Shown: positions 1 to 9,665, counted from the first letter of the stretch. The stretch: DNA of 64,000 bases from Anaeromyxobacteraceae bacterium (GCA_047602405.1 JASGHJ010000002.1:2656001-2720000); one strand, 5' to 3'. Notes: a model not told the origin generated them from the sequence alone. Program-made: numbers and translations.

Positions 1-467
1 CCCGCGGCCTGGAACATCGCGCAGTGGGTGAGCTCGTGGACGAGCAGCTCCTCGACCTCGGCGTCGGTCGCGCCGGAGAAGCGCCACAGCCCGCGGCCCC
101 ACGTGCGCGGCGACTGGAGCTCGACCGTGCGGGCGCGCGCCCACGCGAGCAGCCAGGAGTAGCCGGGCCGGTCCACCGCCCGCTCGAGCGCGTCGTGGTC
201 GGGGTGCACCGTGAGCGTCACGGGCGAGCTCAGCGGCGCGAACCGCTGCGCGCGCGGGGCGGCCCGCCCGAGCGCGCGCGCGACCTGCCGCGCGGCCTTC
301 ACGTCCGCCGGGCCGTACACCACGCGGAAGCTCGCGCCGTCCGCCTGCACCTCGAGGAAGGAGAGCACCTCGACCGGCGGGACCCGGGCTCCGGCGCAGG
401 CCGAGAGCGCGAGGGCCGCGGCGAGGAGGGCCGCCGCCGGCACCGTGGGTGACGAGGTGCGCCTCAC
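1..467 (-). CDS. Lipoprotein with HExxH zinc-metallopeptidase motif; runs off the window
   Basis: Manual translation from GTG 467 (AGAGG upstream): ...ALALSAC lipobox ... EELLVHELTHCAMF; no stop before position 1. Confidence 0.7.
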   Translation of the reverse strand, partial: MRRTSSPTVPAAALLAAALALSACAGARVPPVEVLSFLEVQADGASFRVVYGPADVKAARQVARALGRAAPRAQRFAPLSSPVTLTVHPDHDALERAVDRPGYSWLLAWARARTVELQSPRTWGRGLWRFSGATDAEVEELLVHELTHCAMFQAA

Positions 468-477
468 CGTGAAACCT

Positions 478-1419
478 CTACCCCTGTGCCGCGCGGGCCG
501 GCAAGCCACACCCCATGAGACCCAGGAGGAGCGGGGCGATCCCGGTCAGGTCGCGGACCTCGCCGAGGGCCCCGGCCGCCCGGCCGAACCCGAGCACCGG
601 CACCGGCGCGAGCGTGTGGTTGCGCGTGCGGAGGTCCTCGAGGTTGCCGTGGTCGCTCGCGACCACGAGCGCGTCGTCCGGCCCGAGGCCGGCGACGACC
701 GCGCGCAGGAACCGGTCGAGCCGCCGGAGCGCATCGAGCGCCGCCTCCATGGAGCGCGCGTGGCCCGCCTCGTCGGTCTCGAAGAACTCGAACAGCGCGA
801 GGTCGGCGCCCCGGGCGAGGCCCAGCAGGATCGTCGCAGCCTCCTCCGGGGTGCGCAGCGGCAGGTCGGCGCCGTGCGACCGGGCGCGCACGCCGGTCAC
901 GTCGTGCGTGAGGGCCGCCCCGTCGCGGGCGTCCCGCCAGGTGCGGAAGCGCGCCTGCCCCGCGGCGTACGCGACCGTGGTCGCGGCGGCGCGGGCGCGG
1001 CGCTTGCCCATGGAGAACTCCGGCTCCCCCTCGGCCGCATGGCCGAGCGCGCGCAGGTACGCGACCGGGTAGGCGTTCGCGAACACGGTGCGCCGCCCTG
1101 CCGCGGCGGCCGCGCGGAAGATGGACCGCTCGGTGAGCACCGCCCGCAGCGCCGCGTTCGGGAACCCGAGCAGGTGGCGGCCGAGGAGCGCCGCGGCGTT
1201 CTGGCCGGTGAGGATGGTCGTCTGGCCGGTCGCCGACTGGGGGCGGCCGGGGACGCCGAGGCGGGCGTCGGCGAGCACCGCCCGGCCGCCGGCGGGCAGC
1301 GGCGCGCCCGCGCCGTCGGCGAAGCGCGAGAGGAGGAACTCGTCGCGTGCGAGCGGGTTGGCGCCGGGGTCGCGGTCGCCCGCGCCCACCCCGTCCACGA
1401 AGACGAAGATCACCGCCAC
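478..1419 (-). CDS. Metalloenzyme, alkaline phosphatase/phosphoglyceromutase superfamily
   Basis: 3' part of ORF 478..3621; motifs FVFVDGVG, PQSATGQT, TDEAGH, SDHGN; GTG 1419 preceded by TAGCCT-N7. Confidence 0.8.
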   Translation of the reverse strand: MAVIFVFVDGVGAGDRDPGANPLARDEFLLSRFADGAGAPLPAGGRAVLADARLGVPGRPQSATGQTTILTGQNAAALLGRHLLGFPNAALRAVLTERSIFRAAAAAGRRTVFANAYPVAYLRALGHAAEGEPEFSMGKRRARAAATTVAYAAGQARFRTWRDARDGAALTHDVTGVRARSHGADLPLRTPEEAATILLGLARGADLALFEFFETDEAGHARSMEAALDALRRLDRFLRAVVAGLGPDDALVVASDHGNLEDLRTRNHTLAPVPVLGFGRAAGALGEVRDLTGIAPLLLGLMGCGLPARAAQG

Positions 1420-1476
1420 GGGGTACAGGCTAACGCGGCCCCGCCCGGCCCGCCGCTTGATACAATCGGCGCCCCC

Positions 1477-3630
1477 GTGACCCCCGCCTCCGTGAGGAAG
1501 CTCCGCGCCGCGCTCGGCACCGGCCTCGCCGTGGGGCTCGCCGCCGCGGCGGTCGCCTGGCTGCGCCCGGCCGGGCCGGAGGCGGTCGAGCGCCTGCTCT
1601 ACGACGTGCGCGCGCGCTCGGCCGCCGCGGCGCAGCGGGCCTCGCCGGGGATCGTGCTCGTGGGCATCGACGACGCGACGGTCGCGCTCGCGGGGGGCGT
1701 CTACCCGCTGCCGCGGAGCGCGCTCGCCGCGATCCTCGACGAGGCCGCGCGCGCCGGCGCCCGGGTGGTCGCGCTCGACGTCCTGCTCGTCGACCCGCTC
1801 GAGGGCAGCCTCGCCGACGAGAACGCCGCGCTCGAGGACGCGCTCCGGCGCGGGCGCGTGGTCCTCGCGGCCGCGGCCTCGCGCGACGCGGCCCCGGGGT
1901 CGGCGGCCCCCGCCCCCGCGGGCGAGACCGTGCCCGCGCGCTGGAGCGTCGTGCGGCCGCTGCCGCGCTTCGAGCGGGCCGCGATCGCGATCGGCGGGGT
2001 CACCCAGGACATGGACGCGGACGGCCGCGTCCGCGCGCTCCGCCACGTCTACCCGACCGCCGCCGGCGAGCTGCGCTCGCTCCCGCTCGAGGCGGCGCGC
2101 CTCGCGCTCGGCGACGCCGCCGTGAGCACCGGCCCCGGCCGCCTGCGGGTGGGCACGGTGGAGGCGCCGGTCCAGGCCGACGGCCGCGTGCTCCTGCGCT
2201 GGCTGGGCGCCTTCGACGGCAACCCGGATCCCGCGAGCGTGTACCCGCAGGTGTCCGCGGCGGACCTCCTGCGCGCCTCGCTCGCCCGCGAGGGCGAGGG
2301 CACGCCCCCGGCCGCGGAGGCGCTCGCGCCGCTGCGCGACGCGGTCGTGGTGGTGTCCGTCACCGTCACCGCCGGGAAGGACAAGCGGCCCACCCCGGTG
2401 AACGCGCACGCGGTCGGCGCGGAGCTGGTCGCGACCGCCATCGACGGCTTCCTGCGCGGCGCGTTCGTCACGCGCGCGACGCCGCTCGCCGACGCCGCAG
2501 CGGCGCTCGGGGTGGCGCTCCTCGCCGCGCTCACCGTCGGCCTCCTCGCGCTGGCCTCCATCCGCCCCGCGGTGACCGCCGCGCTCTCCACCCTCGGCGT
2601 CGCCGGCCTCGTCTCGGTCGGCTGGCTCGCGTCGTCGGCGCTCCTCGCGCGCGGCGTCTGGCTCGCGGCGGGCGTGCCGCTCGCGGGCGGCGTGCTCTCC
2701 GCGCTCGCCGCCGACCTGCGGATGTTCGCCGCCGAGCGCCGCGACCGGCGCTTCATCCACGACGCGCTGGGCCGCTACACCTCGCCCGCGCTGGTCCAGA
2801 CGCTGCTCGACCGGCGCGACCTCCTCGACCGCTTCGGCGGCGCGAAGCAGGAGCTCACCGTCTACTTCTCGGACATCCGCGGCTTCACCACGGTGTCGGA
2901 GGGGCTCGACCCCGAGCGGCTCGTCGAGCTGCTCAACGCCTACCTCTCCGCGCAGGCGGAGATCGTCGAGCGGAACGCGGGCTACGTCGACAAGTACGTC
3001 GGCGACGCCATCATGGCCGTGTGGGGCGCGCCGGTGCCGGACGCCGACCACGCCGCGCGCGCCTGCAAGGCCGCGCTCGAGCTCCGCGCCAACCTCGACC
3101 GGCTGCGCCCGGAGTGGAAGGCCCGCTTCGGCGTCGAGATCTTCGCCCGCGCCGGGGTGAACACCTGCGACGCCGTCGCCGGCAACATCGGCTCGGTCCG
3201 CAAGGCGCAGTACACGGTGCTCGGCGACGGCGTGAACCTCGCCTCCCGCCTCGAGGGCGCGAACAAGGCCTACGGCACCGAGATCCTCGTCGGCGACCGC
3301 ACCCGCCAGAAGGCCGGCGACCGCTTCGTGTTCCGGACGATGGACCTCCTGCAGGTGAAGGGGAAGAACGTCGGCGTCCCGGTGTTCGTCCTCGTGGCGG
3401 AGCGCGGCGCGCTCTCGCCGGAGGAGGAGGCCTGGCTCGCCGGCTGGGAGCGGGCGGTCGCGGCGTACCGCGCCCGGGACTTCGCCGGCGCGCGCGCGGG
3501 CTTCGTGGCCCTCGGCGCCGCGCGGCCGGCCGACGAGCCCTGCCGCGTCTACGTGGAGCGCTGCGCCGCGTTCCTCGCCGCTCCCCCTCCCGCCGGCTGG
3601 AACGGCGTCTACGAGCTGCACGACAAGTGA
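1477..3630 (+). CDS. CHASE2-domain class III adenylate/guanylate cyclase, membrane-bound
   Basis: N-terminal TM, CHASE2 motifs (IVLVGIDD, DADGRVR), 3 TMs, cyclase motifs FSDIRGFT, KYVGDAIMA, GDGVNLASRLEG. Confidence 0.9.
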   Translation: MTPASVRKLRAALGTGLAVGLAAAAVAWLRPAGPEAVERLLYDVRARSAAAAQRASPGIVLVGIDDATVALAGGVYPLPRSALAAILDEAARAGARVVALDVLLVDPLEGSLADENAALEDALRRGRVVLAAAASRDAAPGSAAPAPAGETVPARWSVVRPLPRFERAAIAIGGVTQDMDADGRVRALRHVYPTAAGELRSLPLEAARLALGDAAVSTGPGRLRVGTVEAPVQADGRVLLRWLGAFDGNPDPASVYPQVSAADLLRASLAREGEGTPPAAEALAPLRDAVVVVSVTVTAGKDKRPTPVNAHAVGAELVATAIDGFLRGAFVTRATPLADAAAALGVALLAALTVGLLALASIRPAVTAALSTLGVAGLVSVGWLASSALLARGVWLAAGVPLAGGVLSALAADLRMFAAERRDRRFIHDALGRYTSPALVQTLLDRRDLLDRFGGAKQELTVYFSDIRGFTTVSEGLDPERLVELLNAYLSAQAEIVERNAGYVDKYVGDAIMAVWGAPVPDADHAARACKAALELRANLDRLRPEWKARFGVEIFARAGVNTCDAVAGNIGSVRKAQYTVLGDGVNLASRLEGANKAYGTEILVGDRTRQKAGDRFVFRTMDLLQVKGKNVGVPVFVLVAERGALSPEEEAWLAGWERAVAAYRARDFAGARAGFVALGAARPADEPCRVYVERCAAFLAAPPPAGWNGVYELHDK

Positions 3631-3650
3631 CCCTGGAAGGAGACCTCGAG

Positions 3651-4139
3651 ATGCTCCGCCCCACCCTCCTCCTCGCAGCGCTGGCCCTCGCCGGGCCCGC
3701 CGCCGCGGCCCCCCCGGCCGCCCAGCCGGGCGACACCGTCACGGTGAAGCGCGAGGGCGTGCGCCTCATGAAGGCGCCGCGCTTCTACGGCGCGGCGTGC
3801 ACCGCGAAGGTCGCCGCCGGCCAGAAGGTGAAGATCGCCGAGCGCCAGAAGGCCTGGGCCCGCCTCGACGGCCCCGGGGGCGGCAAGTGCTGGGCCCACG
3901 AGTCGGCCTGGTCCGACCGCGAGGCGGGCGAGCTCGCCTCGGGCGGCCAGGGCTCGCAGCGCGACGTCGAGCTCGCCGCCCGCGGCTTCAGCGAGGACGA
4001 GGAGAAGAAGTACCGAGGCGAGAAGCCGGACCTCGCGCCGGCGTTCAAGGCCATCGACGCGCACGTCTCGAACGGCGAGCCCGCCCCCGAGGAGATGGAC
4101 CGCTTCGCCGTCGAGGGTGGCCTGGGAGGTGACCGGTGA
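3651..4139 (+). CDS. Secreted SH3-like domain protein
   Basis: GGAG RBS, signal peptide MLRPTLLLAALALA, SH3b-like region (VKIAERQKAWARL...CWAHES), ARGFSED motif. Confidence 0.65.
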   Translation: MLRPTLLLAALALAGPAAAAPPAAQPGDTVTVKREGVRLMKAPRFYGAACTAKVAAGQKVKIAERQKAWARLDGPGGGKCWAHESAWSDREAGELASGGQGSQRDVELAARGFSEDEEKKYRGEKPDLAPAFKAIDAHVSNGEPAPEEMDRFAVEGGLGGDR

Positions 4140-5072
4140 ACGCCCGGGCCCTCTCGCCGCTGCTCGCCGTCGCGGGCGTGTTGACGCTCGCGGCCTGCGC
4201 AGAGCTCGCCGGGGTGGCGGGCGGCGACTTCGTCAACCGCGCCATCGACCGGAACGCCGGCAAGATCGGCGACAACCTCGGCGACGCCGTCGCCTCCGGC
4301 GAGTTCGCGAAGACCTCCACGTACACGATGGAGCAGGAGTACTTCCTCGGGAAGACCGTCTGCGCGAGCGTGCTCACCCGCATCGGCGGCGACGTGCTGC
4401 AGCCCTCCCACCCCGCCGCGGCCTACGTGCGGAAGGTCGGGACGACGCTCGCCTTCGCGGCGGCGGAGCTGCGCGACGAGAAGAAGCCGGCCCTACCCGC
4501 TCAAGGGCTACTTCTTCGTGCCGGTGACCTCCGGCGCCGTGAACGCGGCGGGCGCGCCGGGCGGGTTCATCTCGGTGACCACCGGCGTGCTCAAGGCGGC
4601 GCAGAGCGAGGACGAGCTCGCGGCCGTCCTCGCGCACGAGATTGCACACGTGCAGCTCGGGCACACGATGCAGCCGATCGAGGCCGCCCGGAAGCAGGAG
4701 CAGCTGACCGGGAAGCTGCTCGAGGGCACCGACTCGGTGGTCCACGCCTTCTTCGGGAAGGTCGTCGACGCCGGCACCGACTTCGTCCTCGACAAGGGCT
4801 TCGGCAAGAAGAACGAGCTCGAGGCCGACGCGCTCGCGGCGCAGATCCTCGCGAGCGCCGGCTACGACCCGACGGCGCTCGCGTCGTTCCTGTCGCGGCT
4901 CGAGGGCGGCGCCGCGAAGGGCGGCTTCTTCTCCCGGCACCCGCCCGCGAAGGAGCGCGTGACGGCGCTGCAGAAGCTGGAGGTCGAGATGCCGGTGGCG
5001 GAGCCCACCCAGGTGGCGCTGGCCGCGCGCAAGCGCAGGTTCCTCGCGGCGCAGAAGACGGTGAGCGGGTAG
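4136..5072 (+). CDS. M48-family zinc metalloprotease lipoprotein, frameshifted near 4487
   Basis: Lipobox LAAC; second frame (4518..5072) has NAAGAPGG, LAHEIAH, ELEAD, GYDP, HPP; removing one base at ~4487 joins EKK to RPYPLKGYFF. Confidence 0.8.
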
Positions 5073-5097
5073 CGGGCCTGCGGGTCGCCCACCTCGG

Positions 5098-5880
5098 TCA
5101 CCCCTTCCGCTCCACGAGCGTGTTGCCGCCGTCGACCACGACGGTCGCGCCGTTCACGTAGGCGGCGCCCTCCGAGCAGAGGAAGGCGATCACCTCGGCC
5201 ACCTCGCGCGGCGTGCCGGCCCGGCCGGGCGGCGTCGCGCGCGCGGCGCGAAGCTCGGCGGGCGTGCTCGCGGCGGTCGCGATCCAGCCCGGGGCGACCG
5301 CGTTCGCGGTGACGCCCGCGCGGGCGAGCTCGAGGGCGAGGGTGTGCGTGAGGCCGACGAGCGCGGCCTTGCCGGCCGCGTAGGGGCTCTCGCCCGGGTT
5401 CGAGACGAGCGGCCCCGTCACCGAGGCGACGTTCACCACCCGCCCCGCCCCGCTCCGGCGCAGCGCCGGCAGGGCGGCGCGCGTGACGTTCACCGCCGTG
5501 AGGAGGTTCGTCTCGAGGCTCTCCCGCCACGCCTCGAGGGCGAGCGCCGCGAAGGGCTTCACCACCTCCGGCGCGCCCACCCGCCCCATGCCGGCGTTGT
5601 TCACGACGGCGTCGAGCCGGCCGAAGCGCTCGAGCGCGAGCTCCACCAGCGCCCGCGCCGAGCGGGGATCGCGCAGGTCGGCGACCGCGCCCGCGACGTC
5701 CGCGCCGCGCGCCGCGAGCGCGCGCACCCGCGCGTGGATCCGCTCGGTGGTCGAGGAGAGCGCGACGGCCCAGCCGCGCTCCGCGAGCAGCGCCGCGGCC
5801 GCGAAGCCGATCCCGGCGGCGCTCCCCGCGCCGGTCACCACCGCCACCCGCCTCGCTCCCGCACGCCGCGCTCGCGCCAT
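5098..5880 (-). CDS. Short-chain dehydrogenase/reductase (FabG-like)
   Basis: VTGAGSAAGIG, VNNAG, YAAGK catalytic motif, VDGG; ATG at 5880. Confidence 0.9.
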   Translation of the reverse strand: MARARRAGARRVAVVTGAGSAAGIGFAAAALLAERGWAVALSSTTERIHARVRALAARGADVAGAVADLRDPRSARALVELALERFGRLDAVVNNAGMGRVGAPEVVKPFAALALEAWRESLETNLLTAVNVTRAALPALRRSGAGRVVNVASVTGPLVSNPGESPYAAGKAALVGLTHTLALELARAGVTANAVAPGWIATAASTPAELRAARATPPGRAGTPREVAEVIAFLCSEGAAYVNGATVVVDGGNTLVERKG

Positions 5881-5890
5881 GCCCGGGACG

Positions 5891-6074
5891 CTAGGAGCTG
5901 TCCCAGAATTGCTCAAGCGAGTCGTGGGGCAGACCGGTTCGCCACCGGGCCCGCTCGGACGCGGCCTCCCGTCGCCCTCGAGGCCACGACGCGGGCAGCG
6001 GTGGACCCGGTCGACGAGGGTCTTCGGCACGCGGGTGCCGCAGGGGCAATGCCCAGGCGGCGCCTCCCTCCGTC
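5891..6074 (-). mobile_element. One-ended, internally deleted remnant of the IS5/TnpB-like element (TIR plus 3' end of the nuclease gene)
   Basis: Manual alignment: 5891-5972 matches 45493-45574 (5 mismatches/82); 5971-6052 matches 45865-45946 (7/82, zinc-finger region); 6053-6074 matches 45976-45997 (5/22). Confidence 0.9.
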
Positions 6075-6200
6075 GCCATAGTCCCATCCGGGGTGCGGCC
6101 GCAAGACCGGGGTGACCCGCAGGACGCCCGGTGAACCGGGAGTACGTGCGGGCCACGGCGCGAGACGCGGCCCCGCCGCGCGACCGCGGCGCTGCGCGCG

Positions 6201-6229
6201 TTGACCCGGGGAGGCCTCCCGGCCAAACT
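6201..6229 (+). promoter_or_regulatory. Sigma70-like promoter with palindromic spacer
   Basis: TTGACC-N17-CAAACT upstream of ATG 6242; spacer contains the perfect palindrome GGGAGGCCTCCC (6209-6220). Confidence 0.5.
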
Positions 6230-6241
6230 GCGCGCGCCCGC

Positions 6242-7540
6242 ATGCCCCGCCTCCCGACCTTCGAGCCCGATTGCACGATCCTCGTGGACGGAGAGCCCGT
6301 CCCGGCGCGCCGCGGCGAGCCGGTGACCGCCGCGCTCCTCGCCGCCGGCCGCCCGCTCCTCGCCCGGAGCGCGAAGTACCACCGGCCCCGCGGCCCCTAC
6401 TGCATGGCCGGCGGCTGCATGAGCTGCCTCGTCCGCGTGGACGGGCTGCCGAGCCAGCGCGCCTGCCGGACCCCGTGCCGCGACGGCCTCGTGGTCGAGA
6501 CGCAGAACGCGCTCCCCACGGCGCAGCACGACCTCCTCGGCGTCATCGACACCGTGTTCGCGGGGGGGCTCGACCACCACCACCTGATGACGTGGAACGG
6601 GCCGCTCAACCGCGCGACGGTCGCGTTCTCCCGGCACCTCGCCGGCCTCGGGAAGCTCCCGTCCCCGGCCGCGCTCGCGGCCGAGCGCGCACCCGGGCCC
6701 GTCGCCCAGGAGCCCTGGGACGCGCTCGTGGTCGGCGCCGGCCCCGCGGGGCTCGCGGCGGCCGAGGCGCTCGCGGGCGGGGGCCTGAAGGTGCTCGTCG
6801 CGGACGGCGCGCCGCGGATCGGCGGGCGGCTGCGCTGCCGGCTCCCCTTGCCCGGCGAGCCCGACCTCGCCTGGGCCGAGCGCGCCGCCGCGGCGGTGCG
6901 CGCGGCCGGCGGCGAGCTCGCCACCTCCACCACGGTGCTGGGCCTCTGGCGCGACGGCGGCACGGTCATCGCCGGCCTCGCGGTCGATGGCCCGCCCCGC
7001 GGGCTCCGGCTCGTCCGCCCCGCGCGCGTCGTGCTCGCGCCGGGCGGCCACGCGGTGACACCGGAGCTCGCGAACGGAGACCGCCCCGGCGTCCTCGCGG
7101 CCCGGGGGCTCTCCGCGGCGATCGCCGAGCACGGGGTGGTGCCGGGGACACGCGCCGCGGTGCTGGGCCAGGGCCCGGAGGCGAACGCGCACGCCGCGGT
7201 GCTCGCGGGGGCCGGGCTCGCCGTCGAGCGGCTCCCGGACTACGCCGGCGCCCGGGTCCTGGGCCGCGGCAGGGTGAAGGGGATCGCCACCGGCGCGCTC
7301 GCGCGGATCCGCTGCGACGTCGTGGCGATCGCGACGCCGCCCGCGCCGGCGACCGAGCTCGCCCGCTCCCTCGGGGCGCGGGTGCGCTTCGACGCGGCGC
7401 TCGGCGCGTTCGCGGTGGAGGCCGCCGCGGACGGCGCGACCGGGATCGCGGGCCTGTGGGTCGCCGGCGAGGCGACCGGGGAGATGGACGGGGCCGGCGC
7501 CGCCGGGGCGGGCCGGCGGGCGGGGGAGGCGGCGCGATGA
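6242..7540 (+). CDS. 2Fe-2S/FAD oxidoreductase, sarcosine oxidase or dye-linked proline dehydrogenase alpha-like
   Basis: RSAKYHRPRGPYCMAGGCMSCLVRVDG...RAC ferredoxin motif; VVGAGPAGL dinucleotide fold. Confidence 0.85.
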   Translation: MPRLPTFEPDCTILVDGEPVPARRGEPVTAALLAAGRPLLARSAKYHRPRGPYCMAGGCMSCLVRVDGLPSQRACRTPCRDGLVVETQNALPTAQHDLLGVIDTVFAGGLDHHHLMTWNGPLNRATVAFSRHLAGLGKLPSPAALAAERAPGPVAQEPWDALVVGAGPAGLAAAEALAGGGLKVLVADGAPRIGGRLRCRLPLPGEPDLAWAERAAAAVRAAGGELATSTTVLGLWRDGGTVIAGLAVDGPPRGLRLVRPARVVLAPGGHAVTPELANGDRPGVLAARGLSAAIAEHGVVPGTRAAVLGQGPEANAHAAVLAGAGLAVERLPDYAGARVLGRGRVKGIATGALARIRCDVVAIATPPAPATELARSLGARVRFDAALGAFAVEAAADGATGIAGLWVAGEATGEMDGAGAAGAGRRAGEAAR

Positions 7541-9045
7541 CGAAGACCGTGCTGTGCGCCTGCGAGGACGTGACGGTCTCCGAGGTCCGCAAGGCCTTCG
7601 CGGCCGGCCACCGCGACCTCGAGTCGGTGAAGCGCTACACCGGGTTCGGCACCGGCTCGTGCCAGGGCCGAACCTGCACCGCCGCGGTGGTGCGCGAGCT
7701 GTTGCGCCTCGGCGCCACGCCCGCGGAGATCTCGCCGTTCACGGCGCGGCCGCCGCTCGTGCCGACCGCGCTGGGCGCGCTCGCCGCGCTCGACCCGGAC
7801 GGCCTCCTCCTCGACGAAGGGGTGCCCGTCAGTCCGCCCATCCCGAGCGTGGGCTCCGCGGGCCGGAGCCGAGGGACCGTCGAGCTCCCGCGCGCGGAGC
7901 CGCTCCCGGAGCGGGCCTCGGTCGTCGTCATCGGCGGCGGCATCCAGGGCCTCTCGCTCGCGCGCGAGCTGACCCGGCGCGGCCAGACCGACGTGCTCGT
8001 GCTCGAGAAGGCGTACCTCAACGCCGGCGCCTCCGGCCGCAACGGCGGCGGGGTGCGCGCCCAGTGGTCGACGCCCACGATGATCCGGCTCGCGCGCCGG
8101 TCCCTCGAGCTGTGCGACACGTTCGCGACCGACATGGGCGTGAACGTCTGGTTCCGCCCGACCGGCTACCTGTTCCTCGCGCCGACCCAGGAGCAGGTCG
8201 CGCGCATCGAGAAGAACGCCGAGCTCCACCGCGCCCACGGGATGCGCACGCGCATCCTGTCGCCGCGCGAGTCGCTCGACGTGGTCCCGGAGCTCGACGC
8301 GGGGCGCTTCCTCGCGGCGAGCCACAACCCGGACGACGCGGTCGTCTTCCCGTGGCCGTTCCTGTGGGGCTACGCCCGCTCGGCCGAGCAGCTCGGCGCG
8401 AAGGTGCGGACCTGGACCGAGGTCACCGGCTTCGAGACCTCCGGCAAGCGCATCACCCACGTCGTCACGAACCGCGGCCGGGTGGCGTGCGACACGGTCG
8501 TGCTCGCCGCGGGCGCGTGGTCGAAGGAAATCGCGGCGCTCGCCGGCGTGAAGCTCCCGAACCGCCCCACCCGCCACGAGATCCTCGTCACCGAGGCGCT
8601 CAAGCCCTGGCTCGACCCGCTGGTCTCGGTGCTCGGGAACGGGCTGTACCTCTCCCAGGACGGCCGCGGCGAGATCGTCGGCGGCATGGGCAATCCCCAC
8701 GAGCCGGAGGGGATCGTGATGGGCTCGACGCTCAACTTCCTCGCCCGCTTCGCCCGCGCGTCGACCGACATCCTGCCCGTGCTCGCGGGGCTGAAGGTCC
8801 TGCGCCAGTGGGCGGGCTGCTACGACGTGACCCCGGACAACAACCCCGTCCTCGGCCCCGCGGGCTACGAGAACTTCCACCAGTGCTCGGGCTTCGTCGG
8901 CCACGGCTTCATGATGGCCCCCGCCGTGGCGGAGCTCTACGCCGACTGGCTCGCCGGCAAGGGCAAGGACGAGATCTTCGAGCGCTTCGACGTCGAGCGC
9001 TTCCAGAAGGGCCCGGTGCAGAAGGAGGACTTCATCATCGGGTGA
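7537..9045 (+). CDS. BFD-like [2Fe-2S] domain fused to FAD-dependent DAO/sarcosine oxidase beta-like domain
   Basis: CACEDVT...GTGSCQGRTC; IGGGIQG, GASGRNGGG, GFVGHGFMMAP; ATGA overlap with the upstream gene. Confidence 0.9.
   Translation: MTKTVLCACEDVTVSEVRKAFAAGHRDLESVKRYTGFGTGSCQGRTCTAAVVRELLRLGATPAEISPFTARPPLVPTALGALAALDPDGLLLDEGVPVSPPIPSVGSAGRSRGTVELPRAEPLPERASVVVIGGGIQGLSLARELTRRGQTDVLVLEKAYLNAGASGRNGGGVRAQWSTPTMIRLARRSLELCDTFATDMGVNVWFRPTGYLFLAPTQEQVARIEKNAELHRAHGMRTRILSPRESLDVVPELDAGRFLAASHNPDDAVVFPWPFLWGYARSAEQLGAKVRTWTEVTGFETSGKRITHVVTNRGRVACDTVVLAAGAWSKEIAALAGVKLPNRPTRHEILVTEALKPWLDPLVSVLGNGLYLSQDGRGEIVGGMGNPHEPEGIVMGSTLNFLARFARASTDILPVLAGLKVLRQWAGCYDVTPDNNPVLGPAGYENFHQCSGFVGHGFMMAPAVAELYADWLAGKGKDEIFERFDVERFQKGPVQKEDFIIG
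7834..7877 (+). repeat. REP-like palindrome, in-frame inside the CDS
   Basis: CCATCCCGAGCGT..CGGAGCCGAGGGAC shares both arms with 60651-60697. Confidence 0.65.
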
Positions 9046-9665
9046 GGCCTCCACCCGGCCCGAGGTACGGCGCCGGGTCGACCCCAATCCGCGCGCAGAG
9101 CTCGCGGAACGCGTCGTCACGGCCCGGCTCGCCCTCGGCGAACCGCAAGAAGAACGGGCGCTCGTCCCAGTCGAACGGCTCCGCCGCCTTCCCGTGCACG
9201 AAGAGGAGCAGGGCGGCGAAGTGCACGGCCCGGTCGCCGGGCCCGCGCGCCGCGCCCCGAAGCAAGGCCTCGACCACCTCCGGCGGGTGGTGCTCCGCCG
9301 CGAGGTCGATGGCCTCGGACAGGCCGTCGCCGAACCGCCCGTGCTCGAGGGCGTGCACGAGCGCGGCGGTCCGCTCGCCCGCGTCGACCGCGTCCGGCGC
9401 GTACCGCGCCACGGCGGCCCGCACCTGTGGGCTCCCCTCCCCCGCCGCCCTGCGCAGCGCCTCGAGCGCGCGGGGCGTGCCCAGGGCGGCGAGCGCCTCC
9501 ACCTCCCGCCAGCCCTCGAATCCCGCGCGAGAGCAGGATCCCCTCGATGTCGGCGCGCTCCTCCGGCGAAGCCTCGCCGAGCGCCGCGAGGTCGAAGCCG
9601 ACCCCGTCGTGCCACTTCTCGTGGTCGAGGACGAGGCTCGCCCGGAAGCGCTCGAACGCGGTCAC
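9035..9665 (-). CDS. HEAT-repeat-like hypothetical protein, frameshifted at 9518-9522
   Basis: GTG overlaps the upstream TGA; removing one base gives ...RGIEGWREVEALAALGTPRALEAL. Confidence 0.65.
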
